The translations under genes were made by a program, and so were the position numbers. From a bacterium (lineage in GTDB: Bacteria; Patescibacteriota; Patescibacteriia; JACPHY01), in NCBI GenBank assembly GCA_030647005.1, contig JAUSKG010000021.1:27105-91104 (forward strand): 64,000 bases of DNA. The letters are read 5' to 3'. Below the pieces are notes generated by a model. It was not told where the DNA came from, ran no database searches, and saw only the letters and a list, made by a program, of their open reading frames with translations. This document shows positions 31,227-40,371 of the stretch, piece by piece; the first letter of the stretch is position 1; every line of letters starts with the position of its first letter.

Positions 31227-33812
31227 ATGGAGGCAAAACAACAAACCCTGAACGATGTCCTCGCGGCACTCGGTACGGATGGGAGCGGCCTCACCGAGGG
31301 CGAGGTCATTCGTCGTCGGCAGCGATTTGGGTGCAACGTGCTGTCGGAGCGCGCGCGGCCGGGTGCGCTCGCGCACGCGGTTCATGAGCTCAAGAACCCC
31401 ATTCTCATCGTGCTCGCGGTAGCGGCGATTGCCGCGATCGCGTTCGGCGAGCGGGTGGATGGTCTCTTCATCCTCGCCACACTCGTGATCACCGCGGGGT
31501 TTGGTATGGTCATGGCACTCCGTGCGGAGCGCGCGCTCGATGCACTCCGGGGATTCCTCCACCCGAAGGCGATCGTGGTGCGGGGTGGTCACGAGGTCGC
31601 GGTGGACACGGAGGAGCTCGTGCCGGGCGACCTTCTCCTCCTGCGGCGCGGGATGCGCATTCCCGCGGACGCGCGCACCATCGAGGCGCGATCGCTCGAG
31701 GTGGATGAATCCATGCTCACGGGAGAGAGTGTGCCGGTACAGAAGACGACACTCGGCGGAACAGGGGAGCACGAGACACTCTCCCAGGGCACCCTCGTGG
31801 TTGAGGGGCAGGGCGTTGCGGTGGTGACGGCGATCGGGGCGGAGACGACATTCGCGAGTATTGCCGCATCGCTCACCGAGGAGCGCGAGCGCACGCCGCT
31901 CCAGGAGCAGCTTGCACAGTTCGCCCGCGTCGTCGCCATCGTCGTGACGGTCGCGGCGGTGACGCTCTCCGCCATCGGCATCGCGCGGGGGCTCGATGCA
32001 GGTGAGATGCTCGCGACGGCGATCGCGGTCGCAGTTGCCGCGGTGCCCGAGGGCCTCGCGGTTGCCATCACCGCCATTCTCGCGGTGGGGACCGTCCGCC
32101 TCGCGCGCAAGCAGTGCCTCGTGCGACGCATCATCGCGGCTGAGACGCTGGGGTCGGTCACCATCATCCTCACGGATAAGACAGGGACGCTCACCGAGGG
32201 TCGCATGCGCACCGTGGCGGTTCACCTCGTGGACGGCGGCGTGGGCGAGGTGCGCGTAGAACCCGGCATGGCGTGCGTCGAGGCGTGCGAGCGCATGATG
32301 GTCGCTGCGGCGATCGGCACCGAGGTGTCCATCGCAAACCCTGAGGCCGCGCCATCGGACTGGGAGTATTTGGGGTCTTCCACCGAGGCCGCACTCGTCA
32401 GTGCCGCAGGTACGGCGGGGGTTGATGTGTTGCGCACGCGCGCGGCGACGACCATCCTCGATCGCCTCCCGTTCTCCGTCGAGCGGAAGTACTCGGCAAC
32501 ATTGATCCAGCGCGCGAGCACGGAGCTCATCATATTGGGCGCGCCAGAGTACGTCACCCACGCACCGCTCCCGCAGCGCATCCTCGAGGAGCTCGACGTG
32601 CGTGCGCGCGAGGGCTTCCGCATCGTCGCGGCTGCGGGCACGCCGGTGTCCAAAAAAATGACGCGCATCGCGGACCTCGGTGACGATCTCGTGGACGGCG
32701 CAGTGCTCCTCGGCCTCTTCTTCATCCGCGATCCGCTTCGGCAAGATGCTGCCCGTGCGATTGCCGCGGCGCAGCAAGCGGGCGTGCGGACGATCATGGT
32801 GACTGGAGATCACCCCGCCACCGCGAAGCGTATTGCCGAGGACGCAGGCCTTGCGGCCGGTGAGCCGGTCGTCATGACCGGCACAGAGCTCGAGGGGCTC
32901 TCCGATACGGCACTCCACGAGCGCATCGCATCGGTGGATATCTTCGCGCGGACGTCGCACGCGCAGAAGGCGCGGCTCGTTGCCGCCTGGCGTGCGCGTG
33001 GCGAGGCGGTCGCGGTGACCGGCGACGGTGTGAACGATGCTCCAGCACTCGCGGCGGCGGACATCGGCATCGCGATGGGGTCGGGCACGGATGTCTCCCG
33101 CGAAGCGGCGGACCTCGTCCTCCTCGACAACAAGTACGAGACCATCGTCGAGGGTATCCGTGGCGGGCGCGCGATGTGGGACAATATCCGGAAGACGGCG
33201 AACTACCTCCTCATCTCCGGCTTCACCGAGCTCCTCCTCGTGGGCGTGTCCGTCTTCACCGGTTTGCCGCTCCTCATACTCCCCGCGCAGATCCTCTGGG
33301 TGAATCTCCTGGAGGACACCCTGCCGGCGGCGGCGCTCGCGTTTGAGCCACCCGAGTCCGGCATCATGGACGAGCCGCCGCGCAAGCGATCCGCGTCGCT
33401 CTTTGATCCCGAGATGCGCGCGTTCGTGTTCGGCGTGGGCCTGGTGACCGACATCTTCCTCATCGGCGCAGGGTTCGCGCTCTACCACATCACCGGTGAC
33501 CTCGATCTCACGCGCACGATTGTCTTTGGTGCACTCGCCGCGAATTCCCTCTTCGTCATCTTCGCGGTTCGGTCGCGTCGTCGCCCGATCTGGCGCACGC
33601 GTCCCTGGGAGAACCCCGCGCTCCTCATCGCGATTGCCATTGCGATTGCACTCCTTCTCTTTGGGCTCCTCGCGCCTGCGGTTCGGCCGCTCTTGCGTAC
33701 GGTGCATATTCCCCTTTGGGGGTGGGGTATCATCATCGGCCTCAGCGTCGTAAACCTCGTTGCCGTGGAGGCAGTGAAAGCAGTATTCCGTATGCGTCGC
33801 TCTCCCGTATGA
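31227..33812 (+). CDS. Cation-transporting P-type ATPase (P2A, Ca2+-type)
   Basis: TGES, VPEGL, DKTGTLT, TGDH, TGDGVNDAPAL, QILWVNL. Confidence 0.96.
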   Translation: MEAKQQTLNDVLAALGTDGSGLTEGEVIRRRQRFGCNVLSERARPGALAHAVHELKNPILIVLAVAAIAAIAFGERVDGLFILATLVITAGFGMVMALRAERALDALRGFLHPKAIVVRGGHEVAVDTEELVPGDLLLLRRGMRIPADARTIEARSLEVDESMLTGESVPVQKTTLGGTGEHETLSQGTLVVEGQGVAVVTAIGAETTFASIAASLTEERERTPLQEQLAQFARVVAIVVTVAAVTLSAIGIARGLDAGEMLATAIAVAVAAVPEGLAVAITAILAVGTVRLARKQCLVRRIIAAETLGSVTIILTDKTGTLTEGRMRTVAVHLVDGGVGEVRVEPGMACVEACERMMVAAAIGTEVSIANPEAAPSDWEYLGSSTEAALVSAAGTAGVDVLRTRAATTILDRLPFSVERKYSATLIQRASTELIILGAPEYVTHAPLPQRILEELDVRAREGFRIVAAAGTPVSKKMTRIADLGDDLVDGAVLLGLFFIRDPLRQDAARAIAAAQQAGVRTIMVTGDHPATAKRIAEDAGLAAGEPVVMTGTELEGLSDTALHERIASVDIFARTSHAQKARLVAAWRARGEAVAVTGDGVNDAPALAAADIGIAMGSGTDVSREAADLVLLDNKYETIVEGIRGGRAMWDNIRKTANYLLISGFTELLLVGVSVFTGLPLLILPAQILWVNLLEDTLPAAALAFEPPESGIMDEPPRKRSASLFDPEMRAFVFGVGLVTDIFLIGAGFALYHITGDLDLTRTIVFGALAANSLFVIFAVRSRRRPIWRTRPWENPALLIAIAIAIALLLFGLLAPAVRPLLRTVHIPLWGWGIIIGLSVVNLVAVEAVKAVFRMRRSPV

Positions 33813-34303
33813 ATCACCCCAATCCCTACGCGTGCATTGTGGCCAAGCTCGAACGTGCAGGTGTGACGTTCAAGCAGCACGAGCACGCGCCGGTGCGCAC
33901 CTCGCAGGAGGCCGCAACGATCCGTGGTACGAGCATTGAAGAAGGTGCGAAGGCACTCGTGTGTCATGTGGATAAGTCACGCTACGTGCTCGCGGTGCTC
34001 TCCGCCGCGTTCCAGGCGGACCTCCCCGCCCTCCGGCGGAAGCTCGGGGCGAAGAAGCTCGCACTCGCGTCGCCAGAGGAGGTGCTGCGGGAGACGGGGT
34101 GCGAGGTGGGTGGCGTGCCACCGTTCGGTTCGTGTATCGGTCTCATGACGTACTGTGACCCCTCACTCCGCGCGCACGAGCATATCTCCTTCAACGCCGG
34201 CCTCCGGACGCACTCCATCGTCATGCGTTTTGTGGATTACCTCGCCATTGAACAGCCCACCGTCACTCCATTCGCCAAACAGGTGCCTGGCGCGGTACAA
34301 TAG
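33809..34303 (+). CDS. YbaK/ProXp aminoacyl-tRNA deacylase family protein
   Basis: GAKALV, GCEVGGVPPFG, FNAG. Confidence 0.9.
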   Translation: MNHPNPYACIVAKLERAGVTFKQHEHAPVRTSQEAATIRGTSIEEGAKALVCHVDKSRYVLAVLSAAFQADLPALRRKLGAKKLALASPEEVLRETGCEVGGVPPFGSCIGLMTYCDPSLRAHEHISFNAGLRTHSIVMRFVDYLAIEQPTVTPFAKQVPGAVQ

Positions 34304-34327
34304 AGTCCAGTTCTTCTCCCACCATCT

Positions 34328-34921
34328 ATGATCTCCAAACGTCTTCTCAATCACCTCGATAAGCGGGGTATCGCCTATGCGGTTGTGCCGCACCGGAAGG
34401 TCTTCACCGCGTTTGATCTGGCGCAGACCTTGGATGCGGATCCCAAGCACGTCGCGAAGACCGTCCTCGTCCGCGCGGATCGTGACCTCGTGCTCGTGAG
34501 TGTTCCGGCACACAGTCGGTTGGACTTCGCGCGGATGAAGAAGGTGCTCGGCGCGAAGCAGGTGACGCTCGCGTCGGAGCGGGCGATGGAGCAGCTGAAG
34601 ATCAAGGAGGGGACGACACCACCGTTCGCATCGTTCTTCAAGATCGCCTGCGTGCTCGACAGCGGATTGGCGAAGTGCAAGACGATGCTCTGCCGATCTG
34701 GCAGTCACACGGAATCGCTCGACTGCTCCGTTGCGAACTACATTGCGAGCGAGGAACCGACGATTGCGAAAGTGAGCGAGCGCGCGAAGCGAGCACCGGC
34801 GAAGCGGCGTGCGCCTGTAAAAGCGAAGCGTGCACCGGCGAAAGCGAAGCGGACGACCGCGAAGCGTCCCACGAAGCGGAAGGCGGTCCGCAGGAAGCCC
34901 GCAGCGCGGAAGCGGTCGTAG
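34328..34921 (+). CDS. YbaK/EbsC family protein with basic histone-like C-terminal tail
   Basis: H.KVFTA.DLA..VAKTV, GTTPPF, GSHTES; tail AKRAPAKRRAPVKAKRAPAK... Confidence 0.88.
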   Translation: MISKRLLNHLDKRGIAYAVVPHRKVFTAFDLAQTLDADPKHVAKTVLVRADRDLVLVSVPAHSRLDFARMKKVLGAKQVTLASERAMEQLKIKEGTTPPFASFFKIACVLDSGLAKCKTMLCRSGSHTESLDCSVANYIASEEPTIAKVSERAKRAPAKRRAPVKAKRAPAKAKRTTAKRPTKRKAVRRKPAARKRS

Positions 34922-34933
34922 TACGCGGGACGC

Positions 34934-35641
34934 ATGCGCCCCGCGCTCCAGCCATTCGACGGGCCGCTCGACCTCCTCCTGCGCCTCATTGAGCAGGAGG
35001 AGCTCGACATCACCACCGTGGCGCTCGCTGGGGTGTGCGAGTCGTACCTCGCGCACCTCAAGCAGGTGGAGCAACGGACGCCGGAAGCCGTGGCGGATTT
35101 CCTCGTCATTGCGGCGAAGCTCCTCTACCTCAAGTCGCTCGTCCTCCTGCCCGAGGCGGAGGGCGACGCGGAGGAGGACGAGACGGGACTCGCGGCGCAG
35201 CTCCGCATCTACCGCGCGTTCGCGGAGGCGGCAACGGGTATCGCCGAGCAGTTCAGCGTGTCTCCACGGATGCACCCGAGCGCGCGGGTGCCGGTGATCG
35301 TACCATCATTTCTCCCGCCGAAGCGCGTTGACCTCGCAATGCTCGGGCAGGTCATGGTGCACCTCATCGCGGAGCTCGAGCCCATCGTGCGGATCCCGAA
35401 GGCGACGATCGGTCGCACCATCTCCATTGAGGATCGCATTGCAGAGTTGCGGGCGCTCGTCGCGGCGCGTTCCCGCGTGACACTCCACGACGTGCTCCGC
35501 GGGCGAACGGGACGTCGGGAACAGATCGTCTCGTTCCTCGCGGTTCTTGAGCTCGTCCGGCAGCAGGAGGTTGTCGCAATCCAGTCCTCGCAGTTCTCCC
35601 CGATTGCCATCGAGCGTTCCTCGGATGGACGCTCGCGTTGA
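34934..35641 (+). CDS. scpA: Segregation/condensation protein A
   Basis: FDGPLDLLLRLI...DFLVIAAKLLYLKS...SFLAVLELV. Confidence 0.95.
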   Translation: MRPALQPFDGPLDLLLRLIEQEELDITTVALAGVCESYLAHLKQVEQRTPEAVADFLVIAAKLLYLKSLVLLPEAEGDAEEDETGLAAQLRIYRAFAEAATGIAEQFSVSPRMHPSARVPVIVPSFLPPKRVDLAMLGQVMVHLIAELEPIVRIPKATIGRTISIEDRIAELRALVAARSRVTLHDVLRGRTGRREQIVSFLAVLELVRQQEVVAIQSSQFSPIAIERSSDGRSR

Positions 35642-35655
35642 ACATGGCCATAGCT

Positions 35656-36258
35656 ATGTCGAAAGATACCGCACCCACCATTGACCTCCACCGCGCGCTC
35701 GAGACCATCCTCTTCCTGTCCGGCAAGCCGCTCACGATGAAGAAGATCGCGGTGCTCCTCGGGAGCGATCTCCAGACCGCACGGGATGCCGTCGCTGCGT
35801 TCCAGACGACATGGAATGCGCGCGGCGGTGGAACGATGGTCGCGGCGACGGAGGAGCAAGTGCAGCTCGTCTCCCACCCGGATTGCCAGGCCATCGCGGA
35901 GACGATAGCGAGCGACGAGGTGCGCGGTGAGCTCACCCGTCCGCAGCTCGAAGCGCTCACGGTCGTCGCGTACCGCGGCCCGATCACGAAGGCGGAGCTC
36001 GAGCACATCCGCGGTGTCCACTGCGGACTCATCATCCGAAACCTCCTCATGCGCGGACTCATCGTGAGCGCGCGCGATCGCGCACGTGGCGAGGATATCT
36101 TCACGGTGTCGATGGATTTCCTCCGTCACCTCGGCATCGCGGATCTCCGCGAGCTCACGGACTACGAGCGGCTCCACAACGACGCGATCATCCGCGAGTA
36201 CCTCGCCATGGCGCACGGCGAGGAGGGCGGTGAAGTGGTCGCGGCACCGCCGGTCTGA
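35656..36258 (+). CDS. scpB: Segregation/condensation protein B
   Basis: LETILFLSGKP...LEALTVVAYRGPITKAELEHIRGV. Confidence 0.95.
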   Translation: MSKDTAPTIDLHRALETILFLSGKPLTMKKIAVLLGSDLQTARDAVAAFQTTWNARGGGTMVAATEEQVQLVSHPDCQAIAETIASDEVRGELTRPQLEALTVVAYRGPITKAELEHIRGVHCGLIIRNLLMRGLIVSARDRARGEDIFTVSMDFLRHLGIADLRELTDYERLHNDAIIREYLAMAHGEEGGEVVAAPPV

Positions 36259-36273
36259 GCTCCATCTCCCTCT

Positions 36274-36399
36274 CGTCATTTCGAGCGAAGTGAGCGCACG
36301 GGCGAACGAAGTCGAGAAATCTCATATGGAGATCTCTCCGCTCTCTGTTGCGGAGCCTGCCCTGAGCGAGTCCGCGAGTCGAACGGGGTCGAGATGACG
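36274..36399. repeat. CGTC-type palindromic repeat pair
   Basis: CGTCATTTCGAGCGAAG...GTCGAGAAATCTC / GAGATCTCTCC...GTCGAGATGACG. Confidence 0.85.
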
Positions 36400-36454
36400 A
36401 AATATAGTGGACGATAAAATAGGAACGCGTAAACGATGCTCGTGATGCTCACCT

Positions 36455-37390
36455 ATGGGTCTCTTCTTCGCCATTCTCTTTGTCGCATTCAGCTCCTGGA
36501 GTGCGCATCCGGCGCTCGCAGAGCCCCTGTCCGTAGGACCTGCTCCTGCGATCGTTGCGACGAGCCCACGCATCCCGACGCGGATCGCGGCGGCGAACGG
36601 CGAGCCGGAGGAACTGGGCCCGGTGCTCACCGCGCAGAGTGCGGCGGTGCTCGATGCGGACTCCGGCGTGCTCCTCTGGGGCAAGCAGCCGTACGCGGTG
36701 CGCCCGCTCGCGAGTATCACGAAGCTCCTCACGGCGATCGCGTACGTCGAGGTACGCGACGATCGCGACGGCGTGTCGCAGGTACAGATCGTCGCTGACG
36801 ACATTCCAGAGGAAGGGAACACCATCGTGGAGTCGGACGACATCTTTGCGGTGCACGACCTCCTGGCTGCGATGCTCATCCGTTCCGACAACGGCGCGGC
36901 GCGTGCGCTCGCGCGGAGCGACGGCGCGTTGGTGTCCGGCGATGCGCAGGAACGCACCGCGCGACGGCTTGGCCTCCGGTCGGTGCGCGTCACCGATCCC
37001 GCAGGCCTTCGCTCCGACAACCGCGGTACCGCAGTGGATGCCGCGCGCCTACTCGCTGCTGCGCTCGCGGAGGACCCCCTCCGATCGCTGCTCGCGACCG
37101 CACGGACCACCGTTGACGCGCATCGCGATGGTCGTCGCGCGTTGCCAATCGTCACGACGAACGCGCTCCTCACGGACGGCCGCGAGCACTCCTATACGCT
37201 CATCGGCGGAAAGACCGGCTACCTCGACGAGGCGGGGTACAATTTTGTCATCGAGGTGGAGCGCGATGGCGCGACGATCGTCGTCGCGGTGCTCGGTGCC
37301 GCGACGCACCTCGATCGGTTTCGCGACGTCGGCGTGCTCGCGGACTGGATTTTTCAACATTTCGACTGGTCGGAAGCACAGCCCGGGTAG
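36455..37390 (+). CDS. D-alanyl-D-alanine carboxypeptidase/endopeptidase (peptidase S11)
   Basis: Signal peptide; ASITK (SxxK), SDN (SxN), KTG. Confidence 0.92.
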   Translation: MGLFFAILFVAFSSWSAHPALAEPLSVGPAPAIVATSPRIPTRIAAANGEPEELGPVLTAQSAAVLDADSGVLLWGKQPYAVRPLASITKLLTAIAYVEVRDDRDGVSQVQIVADDIPEEGNTIVESDDIFAVHDLLAAMLIRSDNGAARALARSDGALVSGDAQERTARRLGLRSVRVTDPAGLRSDNRGTAVDAARLLAAALAEDPLRSLLATARTTVDAHRDGRRALPIVTTNALLTDGREHSYTLIGGKTGYLDEAGYNFVIEVERDGATIVVAVLGAATHLDRFRDVGVLADWIFQHFDWSEAQPG

Positions 37391-37399
37391 CGCGAGCGT

Positions 37400-38041
37400 A
37401 TGGACATCCTTAACCTCATCACCGGTGCCGGCCTCATCGGCATTACCCTCGTGATCTTCGCGGAGTCCGGACTCCTCATTGGGTTCTTCTTCCCGGGGGA
37501 CTCGCTCCTGTTCACCGCGGGCGTCCTGGCATCAACCGGCGTGTTCAGCATATGGTGGTTGCTCGCGCTCGCGACGGTCGCGGCGATCGTCGGTGACAGC
37601 GTAGGGTACGCGTTCGGCCGCCACGTTGGCGCGCGACTCTTCACGCGTCGGCACTCAATTTTTTTTCACCCGGAACACATCGAGCGTTCCAAGCGTTTCT
37701 TTGAGAAGCACGGGTCGAAGGCCATCGTCCTCGCGCGCTTCATGCCCGTCGTACGCACGTTCACGCCGATGCTCGCTGGTGTGGGTCGCATGCGCTACCC
37801 GACGTTCCTCCTCTACAATGTCATCGGTGGCATCATCTGGGCGACCGGTGTGCCGTTTGCCGGATACGCCCTCGGGCAGCGTATTCCCAACATTGATCAC
37901 TATCTCGCCCCCATCGTCATCGCGATCGTCCTCGCGTCCATTGCACCCGCTGCGTGGCACCTCCTCCGTGATCCCGCCGAGCGCGCGAAGGCGGCGGCGG
38001 GTCTCCGTGCCATTCGCGCGCGTATGCGGCGACGGGCTTGA
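37400..38041 (+). CDS. DedA family membrane protein
   Basis: FAESGL..FFPGDSLLF, ARFMPVVRTF. Confidence 0.95.
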   Translation: MDILNLITGAGLIGITLVIFAESGLLIGFFFPGDSLLFTAGVLASTGVFSIWWLLALATVAAIVGDSVGYAFGRHVGARLFTRRHSIFFHPEHIERSKRFFEKHGSKAIVLARFMPVVRTFTPMLAGVGRMRYPTFLLYNVIGGIIWATGVPFAGYALGQRIPNIDHYLAPIVIAIVLASIAPAAWHLLRDPAERAKAAAGLRAIRARMRRRA

Positions 38042-38109
38042 CGATGGGAGACAGTGGTGGTACGCTCTACGGGCGTGCTGCGTGCATGCGAACAACGGAG
38101 GAGGACGGC

Positions 38110-38322
38110 ATGGCATTTGATTGGAATCGGAAGGAGTTCGATCTCTTTGATGACTTCGGTCTTGGTGAGGAGGGCATTCGTGCGCTCGATCCCGGAGACA
38201 TCCTCGCAGCCCCCACGGCGATTCGTATCACGAGTGGCGGGAAGACCGTCGCCTGGGGTGAGCTCATCGAGGTGAACGATGAGACCTATCTGCGCGTGAC
38301 GCAGATCATCGGCCAGGAGTGA
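38110..38322 (+). CDS. Small FliM/FliN C-terminal (SpoA)-like domain protein
   Basis: GGAGG RBS; IRALDPGDIL...IRITSGGKTVAWGELIEVNDETYLRVTQI. Confidence 0.6.
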   Translation: MAFDWNRKEFDLFDDFGLGEEGIRALDPGDILAAPTAIRITSGGKTVAWGELIEVNDETYLRVTQIIGQE

Positions 38323-38433
38323 CGTTCCCAGCAGGGAGGGCGCAACGCGCCCTCCCATTCCCTTCTCCAGTGGTGCGATAGTTGACAAGATTGGTGCAAT
38401 CATCCACACTACAAGCATGGAGGATCGCTGTAG

Positions 38434-38507
38434 AGCGGGGTGGAGCAGTTTGGCAGCTCGCCAGGCCCATAACCTGGAGGTCGTCGGTTCAAATCCGACC
38501 CCCGCCA
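38434..38507 (+). tRNA. tRNA-Met(CAT), initiator type
   Basis: AGCGGGGTGGAGCAG...; unpaired A1:C72; anticodon arm CCAGG-CCCATAA-CCTGG; CCA not encoded. Confidence 0.9.
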
Positions 38508-38584
38508 TGAAAAGTGCCCCACTTCGCGTGGGGTGTTTTTCGTTGTTGACGCACCATGTATCCTATGGCATCGTAAATGACTAC

Positions 38585-38656
38585 GGCGGGGTAGCTCAGT
38601 GGTAGAGCAGCGGACTCATAAGCCGTTGGTCGCGGGTTCAACCCCCGCCCCCGCTA
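38585..38656 (+). tRNA. tRNA with CAT anticodon (elongator Met, or Ile2)
   Basis: GGCGGGGTAGCTCAG...CTCATAA...GGTTCAACC...CCCCGCTA. Confidence 0.9.
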
Positions 38657-38703
38657 GTTTGTAGCATCCGACAGGTTATATCGATGGTGCCTCTATAAAA
38701 GTG

Positions 38704-38791
38704 TGTCATTGCGAGCCGAGTCCTCGAGGCGCGGCAATCCCGGCCACTTGGTTCTGCGGGATTGCCACGTCGAGGACTCCTCGCAATGACA
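38704..38791. repeat. CGTC-type palindromic repeat pair (GTCATTGCGAG subfamily)
   Basis: TGTCATTGCGAG...GCAATCCC / GGGATTGC...CTCGCAATGACA. Confidence 0.85.
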
Positions 38792-38824
38792 GCAAAAAAA
38801 TCCGCAGAGGTCCCCGATTTTTCT

Positions 38825-39313
38825 ATGCTCCTCACCATGCACGCGGCAACTGGTGCGCTCGCCGGTGAACTCTCCCCCAATGCGCTCACTGCGTTCGCGC
38901 TTGGATTCCTGTCGCACTTCCTCCTGGACATGTTCCCGCATGGCGATCGTGGGATTGCGCATGCGACGAAGGCAACGGGGAAAGCGCGACGATTCTACCT
39001 CCTCCTCGCGGTGGACATCGGCGCGAGCATCGCCATCTTCTTCCCTGCGTTCGCGCTGGGGAAGTTTGAGCACCCGCTCTACGCGTACATCGGCATGCTC
39101 GCGGGGCTCCTCCCCGACCTCATCGTGGCCATCCCTGAGTACGCGCTCTACGTGAAGAAGGAGTACCGCGTGCGCCTCCACTGGTTCTACAAGTTCCACG
39201 TCTACGTCCACGATCAGCTCATCAAGCATTTCAACGGCATGCCACTCAAGGTGGGCATCGCATTCCAAGTGGTGCTCCTCGTCCTCATCTGGAAGTACTG
39301 GCCATCGTCGTAG
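38825..39313 (+). CDS. Membrane protein with His/Asp motifs (metal-dependent hydrolase-like)
   Basis: TMHAATG, SHFLLDMFPH, LLPDL, HVYVH; several TM helices. Confidence 0.75.
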   Translation: MLLTMHAATGALAGELSPNALTAFALGFLSHFLLDMFPHGDRGIAHATKATGKARRFYLLLAVDIGASIAIFFPAFALGKFEHPLYAYIGMLAGLLPDLIVAIPEYALYVKKEYRVRLHWFYKFHVYVHDQLIKHFNGMPLKVGIAFQVVLLVLIWKYWPSS

Positions 39314-39332
39314 CGTGGGTATTTTCGGTAAC

Positions 39333-39364
39333 GCAAAACACTCCCATCAGCGGGAGTGTTTTGC
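39333..39364. terminator. Bidirectional terminator
   Basis: GCAAAACACTCCC-ATCAGC-GGGAGTGTTTTGC. Confidence 0.75.
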
Positions 39365-39365
39365 A

Positions 39366-39449
39366 TGCCGCGGGAGGGGATCGAACCCTCATGACCTTGC
39401 GGCCACAGGAGTTTGAGTCCTGCGCGTCTGCCGGTTCCGCCACCGCGGC
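39366..39449 (-). tRNA. tRNA-Leu(CAA)
   Basis: Reverse complement GCCGCGGTGGCGGAA...CAGGA-CTCAAAC-TCCTG; long variable arm; GGTTCGATCC. Confidence 0.95.
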
Positions 39450-39519
39450 GTAGCGTTATTGTACCAGAGTGCCACGATCCATGGTACGATGGATATCTCG
39501 CATACGCTTGCAGCTCACT

Positions 39520-40281
39520 ATGGCACAGGTCGTCGCGATCGTCAATCAGAAGGGTGGGGTGGGGAAGACGACAACCGCGCTCTCCCTCGCGAGCTTCCTC
39601 GCGGAGCACGGGAAGTTCGTTCTCCTCATTGATATGGACCCGCAGGCCAATGCCGCCTCGGGCTTGGGCATTGACTACCGGAGCGTGTCGCGCGGCGTCT
39701 ACGAAGTCCTCTCGGGGGACTGTCGGCCGCGGGAGGCCGTTGTTGTGACAGCGCAGGAGGGGCTCCACTGCATGCCGTCATCGCCCGCGCTCGCGGGGGC
39801 GAACATCGAGCTCGTCTCCGTCGAGCGGCGCGAGTTTCAGCTCGCCGACGCGCTCGTGGAGCTCCGCAATAGCTACGACATCATCCTCATTGACTGCCCG
39901 CCGTCGCTTGGCCTCCTCACGCTCAACGCCCTCTGCGCGGCAGATCAAGTTCTCATTCCGGTGCAGGCCGAGTACTACGCGCTCGAGGGGTTGGGGCAAC
40001 TCATGGAGACGATCGAGCTTGTGCGCAAGCAGCTCCGGCCGGAACTCCGCGTGCTCGGTGCCGTCATTACGATGTACGAGGGACGCCTCCGCCTCTCGAA
40101 CGACGTCCTCGAGGAGCTCTACCGACACTTCCCGAACCGCGTCTTCCGGTCGGTCATCCCGCGGAACGTCCGCCTCGCCGAGGCACCGTCCCACGGGCTG
40201 CCGATCACGCGGTACGATCCTCGTTCGCGCGGGGCGCGGGCGTACGAGAAGCTGACGGAGGAACTGTTGCAGTGCCTGTGA
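39520..40281 (+). CDS. parA: Chromosome partitioning ATPase ParA/Soj
   Basis: NQKGGVGKTTT, DMDPQAN, IDCPPSLG, RLAEAPSHG. Confidence 0.97.
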   Translation: MAQVVAIVNQKGGVGKTTTALSLASFLAEHGKFVLLIDMDPQANAASGLGIDYRSVSRGVYEVLSGDCRPREAVVVTAQEGLHCMPSSPALAGANIELVSVERREFQLADALVELRNSYDIILIDCPPSLGLLTLNALCAADQVLIPVQAEYYALEGLGQLMETIELVRKQLRPELRVLGAVITMYEGRLRLSNDVLEELYRHFPNRVFRSVIPRNVRLAEAPSHGLPITRYDPRSRGARAYEKLTEELLQCL

Positions 40282-40371
40282 GGAGATCGCTGCGCAGATC
40301 GCATAGATGATGCGCTGATGATAGCACTTGAGAATTGAGATTGCGAGCGTCGCTCGCCTGTTGTACGAGGT

